Positions 9,534-19,338 of a stretch of 64,000 nt of DNA are shown here, piece by piece. The first letter of the stretch is position 1. Each line of letters begins with the position of its first letter. The notes under the pieces were generated by a model. That model ran no database searches. It saw nothing but the letters and a program-made list of their open reading frames with translations, and was not told the DNA's origin. Location: assembly GCA_963695225.1 (NCBI GenBank), contig OY968762.1, positions 704,001-768,000 of the forward strand. The letters are read 5' to 3'. The translations under genes and the position numbers were made by a program. Source of the DNA: Vulcanimicrobiota bacterium (GTDB lineage Bacteria; Vulcanimicrobiota; Vulcanimicrobiia; Vulcanimicrobiales; Vulcanimicrobiaceae).

Positions 9534-10541
9534 CTAATGCAAGTAGCGGGCGACGTTCGCGGTGTGTTCCGCGAGCGTGCGTGAAAATGCGTGGTGCCCG
9601 TCGCCCTTGTACACGTAAAACAGATACGACGAAGGTTCGGGGTCGAACGCCGCAAGGAGCGACGGACGGCCGGGATTCGCGATCGGAGTAGGCGGGAGCC
9701 CAATGTGCTTATACGTGTTGTATGGGGAGTCCCGTGCGAGATCGGCCTGCGTGATCACGTCCTTATGATGCGCGAACGTGTACTCGATCGTGGCATCGAC
9801 TTCGAGCGGCATTCCGATGCGCAGCCGATTGTAGTACACGCCGGCCATCAGGCGCCGCTCGTCGTCGGCCTTCGCCTCTCGCTCGATCAGCGACGCGAGG
9901 GTGACGACCTGCGGCACGGTGAGGCCTAGCCGCCTCGCCTTTTGTTCGGCGTCGGGGGGGAGCCTGCGCAGGAACTCGTCGGTGAGGATCTTCGCGACGT
10001 CGGCCGGCGAGGCGCTCGTCGGAACGAGGTACGTGCTCGGGAAGAGGACGCCCTCGAGCGTAACCGTCGAGCCGCCCGGCAGCCGTAAGGAATGCCCGAG
10101 GAAGTACTCTGCAAACCCGTCCTCCGTGCCCAGAGAGCGGTCCGCGAGCGCGCGAGCGATCTCCCGCGCCGTGTAGCCTTCCGGGATCGTCACCCAGACC
10201 GCGACCTGGGAGCCGCCCGACACGATCTCCTTTTCCACCTCGGCGAGGGTCTGGTGCGCCGCGAAGCGGAATTGCCCGGCCTTCATGGAGGCCTGCTCGC
10301 CGCGCAGGCGGGCGAGCAGGTTGAAGGCTCGCGCCGACCCGATGACGCCCTCCTGCGCCAACAGCGCCGCGACTTCGGCGCCGGTCGAACCACGCTCGAT
10401 CACGATCGTCGCCTCGCTCGCCGGAAGGGAGCGGTCCCCGTAGGCCGCGTGCTCGAACCAGAGCCACGCCGCGAGCGTGGAGAGCGCGACGGCGGCGACG
10501 AGCGCGCCGAGCGCCGCCCCGGCCTTCCGCGCGGGGATCAC
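9534..10541 (-). CDS. mltG: endolytic transglycosylase MltG
   Basis: VTIPEG, LEGVLFPSTY, ASLIERE, SPYNTY..GLPPTPIANPG. Confidence 0.93.
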   Translation of the reverse strand: MIPARKAGAALGALVAAVALSTLAAWLWFEHAAYGDRSLPASEATIVIERGSTGAEVAALLAQEGVIGSARAFNLLARLRGEQASMKAGQFRFAAHQTLAEVEKEIVSGGSQVAVWVTIPEGYTAREIARALADRSLGTEDGFAEYFLGHSLRLPGGSTVTLEGVLFPSTYLVPTSASPADVAKILTDEFLRRLPPDAEQKARRLGLTVPQVVTLASLIEREAKADDERRLMAGVYYNRLRIGMPLEVDATIEYTFAHHKDVITQADLARDSPYNTYKHIGLPPTPIANPGRPSLLAAFDPEPSSYLFYVYKGDGHHAFSRTLAEHTANVARYLH

Positions 10542-10963
10542 GCCTGCGCGGCGCGCTTCCTGCGCGCGAGATACGTCTCGAGGATCAGCGCCGCCGCCAT
10601 GCGATCGACGACGCGCTTGCGCTTCGAGCGCGAGACGTCGGCGGCGATCAGCGTCTTGTTCACCTGCGCCGTCGTCAAGCGTTCGTCCACGCGCGCGATC
10701 TCGCCGCCGAAGACGCGCGCGAGCGCCGTGCAGAACGCGTCCATCTTCTCGGCGGCAACGCCGCGCGTCCCGTCGAGCGCGATCGGATCGCCGACGACGA
10801 CCGTCGTCGCCCCATACTCTTGGGCGAGCGCGGCAAGCGCGGCGAGGTCGGCGCGCAGGTTCGTCCGCTCGATCGTCGTCAGCGGAAGCGCGAAGCTGCC
10901 GCCCGGATCGCTCATCGCGACGCCGATGCGGCGCTCACCGACGTCGAACGCGAGAATCGCCAT
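10538..10963 (-). CDS. ruvX: Holliday junction resolvase-like RuvX/YqgF
   Basis: LAFDVGERRIGVA, DERLTT, DRMAAALIL. Confidence 0.92.
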   Translation of the reverse strand: MAILAFDVGERRIGVAMSDPGGSFALPLTTIERTNLRADLAALAALAQEYGATTVVVGDPIALDGTRGVAAEKMDAFCTALARVFGGEIARVDERLTTAQVNKTLIAADVSRSKRKRVVDRMAAALILETYLARRKRAAQA

Positions 10964-10971
10964 TCCGCCTC

Positions 10972-11742
10972 TTACCCAATCGTCGCAGGCGATGCCTGCG
11001 TCAACTCCGCCAGCAGCTTCCCGGCCTTGGGATGTTTGCCGAGATGGTAGGCGACGAACGCTTCGACGGCCCGCGCGACCGCCGGATGCGCGCGGATCGA
11101 AGGGCGTACGGTTCCGCCGCGCGGCGCGCCGAGCGCATGAAAGTTCGCGACGTCGCGCGCGTCGAGCGGATGAAGGTCGGCCTGATGCGGCCGGCACGCT
11201 TCGCAGGCAAGCCCGCCCGCCTCCAGATCGGCCCAGGCTGCGAGCCCCGCGAGCGGCCGGCCGCAGCCGACGCACGCCTCGGCCGAGGGGCCGATGCCGA
11301 GCGCATCCAGCAGGCGCAATTCGAAGCGCGGCAAGAGCCCGCTCGGTTGCGCGCTCGCGCCGATCGCGCCGGTGAGCCCACGCAGGAGCGCGTACACCTC
11401 CGGCAGCGGGAGATCCGGCTCGCAGAATGCGTCCACGATCTCCGCCGCGACGTGCGCCGTCGCGAAGGCCGCCGGCTCGACGATCGCGCGCCAGTGCGTG
11501 CTCTCGATCTCGGCGGAGACGATCACGTCGAGCGTACGGCCGCGATGCAACGTCAGCGACGCCTCGGCCATGAACTCGAGCTTCCCCGCGAGGCGGCTCT
11601 TCGCCCGGCGGACGCCCTTCGCGACGGCGTCCAGCTTCCCGCGCTCGTCGGTAAACAGCGTATAGATCCGGTCCGCCTCGCCGAGACTGCGCGCGCGCAG
11701 GATGAAGCCGCGCGCCTTGTAGCTCCGCGCTGCGGCGCTCAC
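10972..11742 (-). CDS. recO: DNA repair protein RecO
   Basis: GEADRI..FT..GK...AKGVRR.KSRL; Zn-finger CVGC/CEAC. Confidence 0.92.
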   Translation of the reverse strand: MSAAARSYKARGFILRARSLGEADRIYTLFTDERGKLDAVAKGVRRAKSRLAGKLEFMAEASLTLHRGRTLDVIVSAEIESTHWRAIVEPAAFATAHVAAEIVDAFCEPDLPLPEVYALLRGLTGAIGASAQPSGLLPRFELRLLDALGIGPSAEACVGCGRPLAGLAAWADLEAGGLACEACRPHQADLHPLDARDVANFHALGAPRGGTVRPSIRAHPAVARAVEAFVAYHLGKHPKAGKLLAELTQASPATIG

Positions 11743-12152
11743 GAAAGCGCGGAGCGATCGAAATGGAGCGGGAGCAACTCGCCGAGCGTCATCGCGCGCG
11801 GCTCCGCCGCGCCGTCGTCCACGAGCACGCGCACGCCGGCGCCGAATTCGATCAGCGCTTGCCGGCAGGCGCCGCACGGGGGCGTCGCCGCGCCCTCGGG
11901 CCCGGCGATCGCGATCGCCTCGAATTCGCGCGCGCCCGCGGCGACGGCGCCGAACAGCGCGGTTCGCTCGGCGCAGTTCGACAGCGAATACGAAGCGTTC
12001 TCGACGTTGCAACCCGTGAAGATCCGCCCGTCGCGGGAGCGCAGCGCGGCTCCGACGCGGAATCCGGAGTACGGCGCGTAGGCTGCGGCGCGCGCGGAGC
12101 GCGCCGCGGCGAGCAATTCCGCGTCGGCGGAGCTACGAGGCGATCCGCGCAC
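11739..12152 (-). CDS. cdd: cytidine deaminase
   Basis: AYAPYSGFRVGAA, GCNVENASY, CAER, PCGACRQ. Confidence 0.93.
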   Translation of the reverse strand: MRGSPRSSADAELLAAARSARAAAYAPYSGFRVGAALRSRDGRIFTGCNVENASYSLSNCAERTALFGAVAAGAREFEAIAIAGPEGAATPPCGACRQALIEFGAGVRVLVDDGAAEPRAMTLGELLPLHFDRSALS

Positions 12153-13464
12153 TCTCGCCGTTCCCGGGCTCGCCTTCGGAGGCGTGCGCCTTCCCGTTCG
12201 TGAGCACGCGGACGGCGAGGATCCGGCGGCCGCGCGTGCGTTCGATCCGCAGGCGCGCGTGCTCGTCGGCGGATATCTCCTCGCCTTCGAGCGGGAGGCG
12301 CCCGAACAACCCGACTGCGAGCCCGCCGATCGTCTCGAATTCCTCGTGCGGGAGTTGCGTGCCGAGCTTCGCGTTGACGTCTTCGATGTTCGTCGCGGCT
12401 TGCACGATCGCTTCGTCGTCGGCGACGATGTGGATCGCCTCCTCTTCGCCTTCGTCGTGCTCGTCGCGGATCTCGCCGACGATCTCCTCGAGCAGATCTT
12501 CCATCGTGACGAGCCCCGCGGTCCCGCCGTATTCGTCGACGACGACGGCGAGCGAGAACTTCCCGCGTTGCATCTCGCGCAGCAGTTCAGAGATGCGTTT
12601 CGTCTCGGGAACGTGCGTGATCGGGCGCATCAGGGCGCGAATCGGCGTCGCGGCCAGCGCGCCGTTCGAGAGCGCGATCAAGAGCTCGCGATCGTGCACC
12701 ACGCCGATCACGTTGTCGATCGTGTCCTCGTAGACCGGGAGCTTCGAGTAGCCCTCCGCGATGACGAGATCGAGCGCCCGGCGCGCGGTCGCGTGGACTT
12801 CGACGGAAACCATGTCCGGCCGCGGTTTCATCACCTCGCGGACGATCGTGTCGCCGAACTCGATGATCGAGTGAATCATCTCGCGTTCTTCTTCCTCGAG
12901 AACCTTCTGTTCGGCTCCGACGTCGATGATGTTGCGGATGTCGTCCTCGGTCACGAACGGGCCGTGCGCCGCGTTGGAGACGCCGAAGAGCCGCAAGATC
13001 CCGCCGGTGACGAACAAGAACGTCGAGGTGAGCGGCGTCATCAGCCAGGTGAAGCGATCGAGCGCGGGGGCCAAGCGCGTCGCCCACGCCTCGTTGTGCG
13101 AGACCGCCAGCGTCTTCGGCCCGATCTCGCCGAAGATCAACATCAGGACGACCATGATCCCGGTCGACCATTCCGGCGCGTGCGGGACGCCCTGCCGGAT
13201 GAGGATCAGCGTCGCGAGCGAATCCGCCGCGAGCAGCACGATCGTGTTCCCGATCAGCATCGCGGTCAGGAAGCGATTCCGGTTCTCGAGCAGGCGTAAG
13301 AGCGAGGCGGAGCCCGGCGAATCGCGCTCGGCTAGCGTTCGAGCGCGCAAGCGCGAGAACGAAACGACCGCCGACTCGGAGCCCGAGAAGATCGCCGCCG
13401 CGGCGATCAACGCAAGGAGTGCTAGCGCCTCGGGCCATAGCGCCGCCCAGTCTTTGGGATCCAT
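12133..13464 (-). CDS. CorB/CNNM (DUF21-CBS-CorC 'hemolysin family') Mg2+ transport protein
   Basis: FSGSESA, FGEIGPK, VREVMKPR, VDEYGGTAGLVTMEDLLEEIVGEI. Confidence 0.9.
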   Translation of the reverse strand: MDPKDWAALWPEALALLALIAAAAIFSGSESAVVSFSRLRARTLAERDSPGSASLLRLLENRNRFLTAMLIGNTIVLLAADSLATLILIRQGVPHAPEWSTGIMVVLMLIFGEIGPKTLAVSHNEAWATRLAPALDRFTWLMTPLTSTFLFVTGGILRLFGVSNAAHGPFVTEDDIRNIIDVGAEQKVLEEEEREMIHSIIEFGDTIVREVMKPRPDMVSVEVHATARRALDLVIAEGYSKLPVYEDTIDNVIGVVHDRELLIALSNGALAATPIRALMRPITHVPETKRISELLREMQRGKFSLAVVVDEYGGTAGLVTMEDLLEEIVGEIRDEHDEGEEEAIHIVADDEAIVQAATNIEDVNAKLGTQLPHEEFETIGGLAVGLFGRLPLEGEEISADEHARLRIERTRGRRILAVRVLTNGKAHASEGEPGNGESARIAS

Positions 13465-13473
13465 GACGGTCGC

Positions 13474-13566
13474 TTAGCGTGGGCTGTGCGGGCGCGGGTT
13501 CATGCAGCCGGGCTCATCGAGCCGCGGGGCGTGCGCCGGAACAGCGGGCGGAGGGTCGGTTTCCAA
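13474..13566 (-). CDS. putative proline-rich leader peptide (30 aa)
   Basis: TTG-start METDPPPAVPAHAPRLDEPGCMNPRPHSPR*, directly after an extended -10. Confidence 0.45.
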   Translation of the reverse strand: METDPPPAVPAHAPRLDEPGCMNPRPHSPR

Positions 13567-13575
13567 ATCGCGCCC

Positions 13576-13584
13576 ATTATAGCA
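13576..13584 (-). promoter_or_regulatory. extended -10 promoter element TGCTATAAT
   Basis: Perfect TGnTATAAT overlapping the dgkA stop codon. Confidence 0.6.
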
Positions 13585-14329
13585 CATGGGGCGTCCGGAT
13601 CAGGAGCCAGATCGAGTAAGTACCTAACACCCCGAGGAGCGCTCCGAGCAGCACTTCCCGCACGCTGTGGATCCCGCCCTCGACCCGGCTCTGGCTCACG
13701 AGGAAGGCGAGGAAGAACGCGATCACGGCGACGATCGGGTTCTGGGCCAGCAGCGCGACCAGCGCCGCCCCGGCTCCCGCGAGCGCCGCGTGCCCCGACA
13801 CGGCGCCCCCTTGAAGCGCCGAGCCGCGCTTTCCGACGTACGCCTTCGCGAAGACCGTCCCGATCGCCGTGATCGCGAACGAGACGAAGACGAGATTCGG
13901 CGGCGCCTGGGCGACCGCGACGTAGACTTGCTTGCCGGCGGCGGTGATGCCCTCGTAGAAGACCATGTAGCCGACGATCACGGCTCCGATCGAGAGAACG
14001 AGGACGGCGCCTGCCGCCGTGTCCTTGGCGATCTTCGCAAGCGGGTGATGCGCGACGGTCATCAAGTCGACGACGGCCTCGATCGCCGTGTTGAGGAGCT
14101 CGAACGCGATGACGAGCGCGACGACGACGACGAGGATCGAGACGTACTCGCGCTGCAGCCGCAGGTAGAGCGTCGCGAAGAGCACGAGCGCGCCCACGAT
14201 CAGGTGGACGCGCATGTTGGGCTGCGTCCGGGTCGCGTAGACGATCCCCTGGAACGCGTAGTGGAACGAGCGCCAGATTCGGCTCTCGTTCACCGGTTTC
14301 ACCTTGGGCGGCAACCGCATCGGGTGCAT
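13577..14329 (-). CDS. dgkA: diacylglycerol/undecaprenol kinase fused to PAP2-like domain
   Basis: SFHYAFQGI, ELLNTAIEAVVD, KIAKDTAAGAV; C-terminal SGHAA and SRVEGGIH. Confidence 0.88.
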   Translation of the reverse strand: MHPMRLPPKVKPVNESRIWRSFHYAFQGIVYATRTQPNMRVHLIVGALVLFATLYLRLQREYVSILVVVVALVIAFELLNTAIEAVVDLMTVAHHPLAKIAKDTAAGAVLVLSIGAVIVGYMVFYEGITAAGKQVYVAVAQAPPNLVFVSFAITAIGTVFAKAYVGKRGSALQGGAVSGHAALAGAGAALVALLAQNPIVAVIAFFLAFLVSQSRVEGGIHSVREVLLGALLGVLGTYSIWLLIRTPHVL

Positions 14330-14352
14330 TGCCGGGTGAACTTCGGCGCGGG

Positions 14353-14847
14353 TTAGCCGGTCCCGCCCTCGTCGAGGTAGGGCCACGGCAAACCGATCGC
14401 GCTCGCGAGCCTCCGCTCCTCGGCGACCATCGCGCGCCGTTCCGCAGGCCTTTCGTGATCGTGCCCGAGCAAGTGCAGGATTCCGTGGATCAACAGCCGT
14501 TCGATCTCCGCCGCGAGCGGAACGCCGTACCCCGCCGCTTGCCGAGCCGCCGCGTCGACGCTGATGACGACGTCGCCGAGCAGGCGTTCGGGTCCGCCGG
14601 GCCCCGTGCAGGGCGTCCCCGGAGCCGCCGCATTCGGCTCGAAAAGCGGGAAGCTCAACACGTCGGTCGGCCGATCCTTCCCGCGGTGCTCGCGGTTCAG
14701 GCGCCGGATCGCCGCATCCCCGACGAACGAGAGCGACAGGCTCGATCCCTCCTCGCCGCAGGCACCGAGGAGCTTCCGCGTGGCGCGTTCGAACCGGCGC
14801 AACGGCAGCTTCCGTTTGCGCGTCGTGTTGCGCAGGTACAGGCTCAC
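14353..14847 (-). CDS. ybeY: rRNA maturation RNase YbeY
   Basis: LNREHRGKDRPTDVLSF, HGILHLLGHDH. Confidence 0.93.
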   Translation of the reverse strand: MSLYLRNTTRKRKLPLRRFERATRKLLGACGEEGSSLSLSFVGDAAIRRLNREHRGKDRPTDVLSFPLFEPNAAAPGTPCTGPGGPERLLGDVVISVDAAARQAAGYGVPLAAEIERLLIHGILHLLGHDHERPAERRAMVAEERRLASAIGLPWPYLDEGGTG

Positions 14848-15785
14848 GGCATCCGATCGTACGCGGCGACGATTTTCCCGATCAGCGGGTGGCGCACGAC
14901 GTCGCCGACCCCGAGTTCCACGATCGCGATATCCTCGATGCCGCCGAACAGCGTCGCCGCGTCGAGCAGCCCGCTGTGCACGCCGCGGGGCAGATCGATC
15001 TGCGTGACGTCGCCGGTGACGATCATCTTCGACCCGGCGCCGAACCGCGTCAAGAACATCTTCAGTTGCTCGCGGGTCGCGTTCTGGGCTTCGTCGAGCA
15101 GGATGAACGCTTCCGCGAGCGTGCGCCCGCGCATGTAGGCGAGCGGGGCGACCTCGATCGTGCCGCGTTCCAGGTAGCGCGCCACGAGGCCGTCGTCGAG
15201 CATGTCCCCGAGCGCATCGTAGAGCGGGCGCAAGTACGGATCGACCTTCTCCTTCAGATCCCCCGGGAGGAAGCCGAGCTTCTCCCCGGCCTCGACGGCG
15301 GGGCGCGTCAAGACGATCCGAGCCACCTCGCGGGCGCGCAAAGCGCGGACCGCCATAGCGACCGCGAGATAGGTCTTCCCGGTCCCGGCCGGCCCGATCC
15401 CGAACGTCAGCGTATTCCCCGAGATCGCCTCGACGAAGAGCCGTTGCCCGTCGCTCTTCGGGCGGATTTCCTTCCCGCGCTGCGTCGTGAAGACGGTCTT
15501 CGGGATCGCCGCCGAGGCGCGTCGCGCGAGCAGATCGCGCGTCGCGAGCGTCACATCGTCGGGCGTCAGCTGCACGCCGTCGTTCGCTGCGACGCGCATG
15601 TTCCGCAGGATTTCGTGCGCGGCCTCGACGCTGTCCGACTCGCCGAGCAGGCGGATCCGGTCCCCTTCGAGGCGGACCGTCACCGGGAGCAGTCCCTCGA
15701 GCGTCGTCAAGTTGCGATCGTGGTATCCGCAGAAGGCGAGCGGGTCGGAGATGGAACCGAGCTCGAAGACGCGCTCCACGCTCAC
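14844..15785 (-). CDS. phoH: PhoH family ATPase
   Basis: GPAGTGKT, RPAVEAGEKLGFLPG, YMRGRT, DEAQN. Confidence 0.93.
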   Translation of the reverse strand: MSVERVFELGSISDPLAFCGYHDRNLTTLEGLLPVTVRLEGDRIRLLGESDSVEAAHEILRNMRVAANDGVQLTPDDVTLATRDLLARRASAAIPKTVFTTQRGKEIRPKSDGQRLFVEAISGNTLTFGIGPAGTGKTYLAVAMAVRALRAREVARIVLTRPAVEAGEKLGFLPGDLKEKVDPYLRPLYDALGDMLDDGLVARYLERGTIEVAPLAYMRGRTLAEAFILLDEAQNATREQLKMFLTRFGAGSKMIVTGDVTQIDLPRGVHSGLLDAATLFGGIEDIAIVELGVGDVVRHPLIGKIVAAYDRMP

Positions 15786-16099
15786 CGGTGGGGGCCGGGC
15801 TCCCGCAGCGAGAGGGGCGGCAGGAGGACCTCGGAGACGACGATCGCCGAGAGGAGCGCGCGCCCGCCCCGCAAGGGTGCCAGCAGCGGCGCCGGCTCAA
15901 GCTCGCGCGCTGGGGCGGGCTCGGCCGGGCGCGCGGGCGAGCGGCGCGGCGGTGCGGCGGCGGGGGCCGCAGCGGGAAGGATGACGCGAATGGGCGCCGC
16001 AGGTGCCGGCGGCGTGGCGGTCTCCGCCTGCGCGTCGGCAAGCGACTGCGCCGCCTTTCGCCGAAACGCCTCGATCAGGAATCCGCCGAGTTCGTCCAC
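15782..16099 (-). CDS. YqfB-like hypothetical protein
   Basis: Follows floA; C-terminal AIVVSEVLLPPLSLR motif. Confidence 0.6.
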   Translation of the reverse strand: MDELGGFLIEAFRRKAAQSLADAQAETATPPAPAAPIRVILPAAAPAAAPPRRSPARPAEPAPARELEPAPLLAPLRGGRALLSAIVVSEVLLPPLSLREPGPHR

Positions 16100-16103
16100 G
16101 CGC

Positions 16104-17111
16104 TCAGCGCCCGCCGATCGTCGGCCCGGGCGGCTGCGTCCCCGCATCCGGCGCGACGCCGCCGGAGATCGCGGAGCGCATGTCCGTATCGGCCTTGAGA
16201 TTGTTCAAGCGGTAGTAATCCATCACGCCGAGGTTTCCGTTCCGAAACGCCTCCGCGATCGCCTGCGGAATGGAGGCTTCCGCCTCGACGACCTTCGCGC
16301 GCATGCGCTGCGTCTCGGCCTTCATCTCTTGTTCGGCGGCTTGCGCGCTGTACTGCCGTTCGGCGGCCTTCGCCTGCGCGATGCGCCGGTCGGCCTCCGC
16401 TTGCGAAGTCTGCAACTCCGCGCCGATGTTCTTGCCGACGTCGACGTCCGCGATGTCGATCGAGACGATCTCGAACGCGGTTCCGGCGTCGAGCCCCTTC
16501 GTGAGCACCGCCTTCGAGATGCGGTCCGGGTATTCAAGGACTTCCTTGTGGTCGACCGCGGCGCCGACCGCCGAGACGACGCCCTCGCCGACGCGCGCGA
16601 CGATCGTCGGCTCGCCTGCGCCGCCGACATAACGGTCGAGGTTCGCGCGCACCGTGATGCGCGCTTTCACGTTGAGCTGGATACCGTTCTGCGCGACGCC
16701 CTGAAACACGGGCGTTTCGATCACGCGCGGGTTGACGGACGTTTGCAGCGCCTCGAGGACGTTGCGGCCGGCGAGGTCGATCGCCGCCGCTCGCTGCCAT
16801 TCCAGTGGAATCTCGGCGCGTTGCGCCGCGATCATCGCGAGCGTCACGTTGTCGACGTTGCCGCCCGCGAGATAATGCGACTGCATCTGATCGACCGTCA
16901 AGTCCAAGCCGGCCTTGCGCGCGCGCACGAGATTGTTGACGATCACATCGGGTTTGATCCCGATCAAGCGCATGCGGATCAGCGAGAGCATCGAGATCGG
17001 AACGCCCGCGGCGAGCGTGCGGATCCACAGGCCGAGCGGGAAATAGAACAGGAAGATCGAGATCCCGACGATGATCGCGAAGATCACGAGCGGGGTGGCG
17101 AGGCCGATCAT
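16104..17111 (-). CDS. floA: flotillin-like protein FloA (YqfA)
   Basis: [43 protein letters not shown]. Confidence 0.93.
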   Translation of the reverse strand: MIGLATPLVIFAIIVGISIFLFYFPLGLWIRTLAAGVPISMLSLIRMRLIGIKPDVIVNNLVRARKAGLDLTVDQMQSHYLAGGNVDNVTLAMIAAQRAEIPLEWQRAAAIDLAGRNVLEALQTSVNPRVIETPVFQGVAQNGIQLNVKARITVRANLDRYVGGAGEPTIVARVGEGVVSAVGAAVDHKEVLEYPDRISKAVLTKGLDAGTAFEIVSIDIADVDVGKNIGAELQTSQAEADRRIAQAKAAERQYSAQAAEQEMKAETQRMRAKVVEAEASIPQAIAEAFRNGNLGVMDYYRLNNLKADTDMRSAISGGVAPDAGTQPPGPTIGGR

Positions 17112-18418
17112 TGCGTGATGACTTTCTGCGAAACGGGGCGCACGAAGACGCGCGCGCCTTCGACCCGGCTCACTTGGATCGGCGAACCCGCCGGGAGGAA
17201 ATCGCCTTCGGTCAAGACGTCGACGCGCCGCCCGCCGAACGAGGCGACGCCCGCCGGCCGCAAGTACGAGGTCGCGACGCCCGTCGCGCCGAGCAGCTCG
17301 CGGTGCCCCTCGCTCGCGACGTAGTCCGGGCCCTGCACGGCGGTCAGCGTGAGCCGGCGCAGGAACGCGTTCTCGGGGAGGATTCGCGTCGTCAGCCAGA
17401 ACGCGATCGCCGTCAAGACGATCGCAATCGAGATCGATTGCGCCGCGACGAAGAGGAACGCGTAACCGAACGAGAGGACGACCGCCGCGACCAGCGCCGC
17501 GGTCCCGAGGAAGCCCGCGAAGCCGTGCCCCGGAACGACGTGCAGCTCGAAGAGGATTCCGACGACGCCGGCGAGCGCGAGCGCGATGACGAACCCGTTG
17601 CTGAAGCCCGAGTAGACGTGCGTCCCGAAGAACAGGCCGAGCGACACGACGCCGATGAGGCCCGCGATCCCGTGCAGCGTCTGCATCTCGATCAAGAGGC
17701 CGAGCATCCCGAGCGAGAGCAAGAGCCCGCTCACCTCGGGGCTCGTCGCGAACCGCGCGACCCGTTCGGCGAACGTGTACTCGGCCTGCCGCGTCCCGCT
17801 CTCCGCGATGCCCGCGGAGCGCAGTGCGGCGTCCAAGTTCGCGACCACGCCGTCCGCGATCTTCGCGCGCTTCGCCTCGTCGGCGGTCAACGCCAGGATC
17901 GCCCCCGGCTTCTTGTACGACGGCACGTCGACGTTCGCGTCGACCATCGCCGCCGCGAGCGTCGGGTCGCGGTGGTTTCGTTCAGCGGTGGCAGAGAACT
18001 CGGCGCGTAACGCGGCGACCGTCTTGACGCTCTTGGGGATCGGCTCGGCGGCGCCGATGCTCGAGCCCGGCGCCATTTCGATGTGCTGCGCCGAGAGCGC
18101 GATGAGCGCGCCCGCCGAGTAGGCGCGCTGCGAGATGAACGCAACGGTCGGGACGCGCGCGCGGAACATCGCGTCGCGAATCTCGAACGCCGAAGCGACG
18201 AGCCCGCCGGGCGTGTTGACGTCCAGCACGATCGCCGACGCGCCGCTCGCGTTCGCCTCGTCGACGGCGCGCTCGACCATGTGCGCCATGCCCTCGTCGA
18301 CGGTTCCTTCGATCGGGATGACGACTGCCGCGCGATCGGCGGCTCCGGCCGCGGCGAGACCGGCGAGCCCGAGTGCCGCGACGACGGCCCACGCAAGGCG
18401 ACGAACGAGCGCCATCAT
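17108..18418 (-). CDS. nfeD: NfeD family membrane protease (long form, YqeZ-like)
   Basis: [17 protein letters not shown] region, C-terminal LRPAG OB fold. Confidence 0.9.
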   Translation of the reverse strand: MMALVRRLAWAVVAALGLAGLAAAGAADRAAVVIPIEGTVDEGMAHMVERAVDEANASGASAIVLDVNTPGGLVASAFEIRDAMFRARVPTVAFISQRAYSAGALIALSAQHIEMAPGSSIGAAEPIPKSVKTVAALRAEFSATAERNHRDPTLAAAMVDANVDVPSYKKPGAILALTADEAKRAKIADGVVANLDAALRSAGIAESGTRQAEYTFAERVARFATSPEVSGLLLSLGMLGLLIEMQTLHGIAGLIGVVSLGLFFGTHVYSGFSNGFVIALALAGVVGILFELHVVPGHGFAGFLGTAALVAAVVLSFGYAFLFVAAQSISIAIVLTAIAFWLTTRILPENAFLRRLTLTAVQGPDYVASEGHRELLGATGVATSYLRPAGVASFGGRRVDVLTEGDFLPAGSPIQVSRVEGARVFVRPVSQKVITQ

Positions 18419-18461
18419 AACGCGCTTACCTACCCGTGACCGCGGCGGAAGTTGCGGGCGT

Positions 18462-18914
18462 TCACGCCCCGAGCGCCTTGAGCTCCTCCAGCACGACCGC
18501 GCGAATCGTGTTCCCGTCCGTTTCGCCTTTGAGCTGCGGCATCAGGAGCTTCATCGCGGCGCCCTGGTTGCGCTCGCCCGGCGCGAGCGATTCGAGCCCG
18601 GCCCGAACGAGGGCGCGGATATCCTCGGCCGATTTCTGCCGGGGCAAGAACGCCGCGAGCGCGTCCCGCTCGCGGGTCTCTTTCTCGACGAGGTCGGTCC
18701 GCCCGGCCTTCGCGTACTCGGCGATCGAATCGTTGCGCTGCTTGACCTGCTTGCGGACGACGTCGATCTGATCGTTCTCGTCCAACTCGCGACCGGCTTC
18801 GATCTTGCGATACGAGAACGCGGAGAGCGCCGAGCGCAAGGCGTCGACGAGCACTTGGTCCCGCGCCTTCATCGCCGACTTGAGCTCGGCGCCGATCGCA
18901 TCTTTCAAAGCCAC
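18462..18914 (-). CDS. yqeY: GatB/YqeY domain protein
   Basis: LKSAMKARD, KQRNDSIAEY, FLPRQ. Confidence 0.9.
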   Translation of the reverse strand: MALKDAIGAELKSAMKARDQVLVDALRSALSAFSYRKIEAGRELDENDQIDVVRKQVKQRNDSIAEYAKAGRTDLVEKETRERDALAAFLPRQKSAEDIRALVRAGLESLAPGERNQGAAMKLLMPQLKGETDGNTIRAVVLEELKALGA

Positions 18915-18937
18915 GGAATGTGATTCTCCTCGGGTGG

Positions 18938-18966
18938 AAAGAAGAGCGCCGCTTCGAGGCGGCGCT
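18938..18966 (-). terminator. probable intrinsic terminator after rpsU
   Basis: AGCGCCGC-CTCGAA-GCGGCGCT-CTTCTTT. Confidence 0.55.
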
Positions 18967-18983
18967 GGGGAGCTTCGTGACGC

Positions 18984-19154
18984 TTACGCGCGGCGCTTGC
19001 GCGCGGCCGCCGATTTCTTCTTCTTGCGCACGCTCGGCTTCTCGTAATGCTCGTGTTTGCGAGCCTCCGCGAGAACTCCGGCCTTCTGGGTGGCTTTCTT
19101 GAAGCGACGCAGAGCACTTTCGATCGTCTCGCCCGGTGCAACGCGAACTTCCAT
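18984..19154 (-). CDS. rpsU: 30S ribosomal protein S21
   Basis: ESALRRFKK...[21 protein letters not shown]. Confidence 0.95.
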   Translation of the reverse strand: MEVRVAPGETIESALRRFKKATQKAGVLAEARKHEHYEKPSVRKKKKSAAARKRRA

Positions 19155-19338
19155 GAACAACCCTCCCTTCGGCCTACGCGTCGGCGCGTGGTATGGAAAA
19201 CGCGCCGCCCAATCGGCGACGCACGGTGCGAAGCGTACCACACCGCCCTGGGAGCGTCAAATGGCAAAGGTTGCGAAACAGGAAGGCCTGCCCTAGGGTA
19301 TGATCGATGCGTCCCCCTATCCCCAGGAGGAACCATAG

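Noticed and set aside
14889..17324. 811-aa plus-strand ORF (and similar long ORFs 7811..9463, 22070..23854, 29069..31336, 42031..43725)
   Set aside because: Arg/Ala-rich shadow frames overlapping well-supported genes; expected in high-GC DNA
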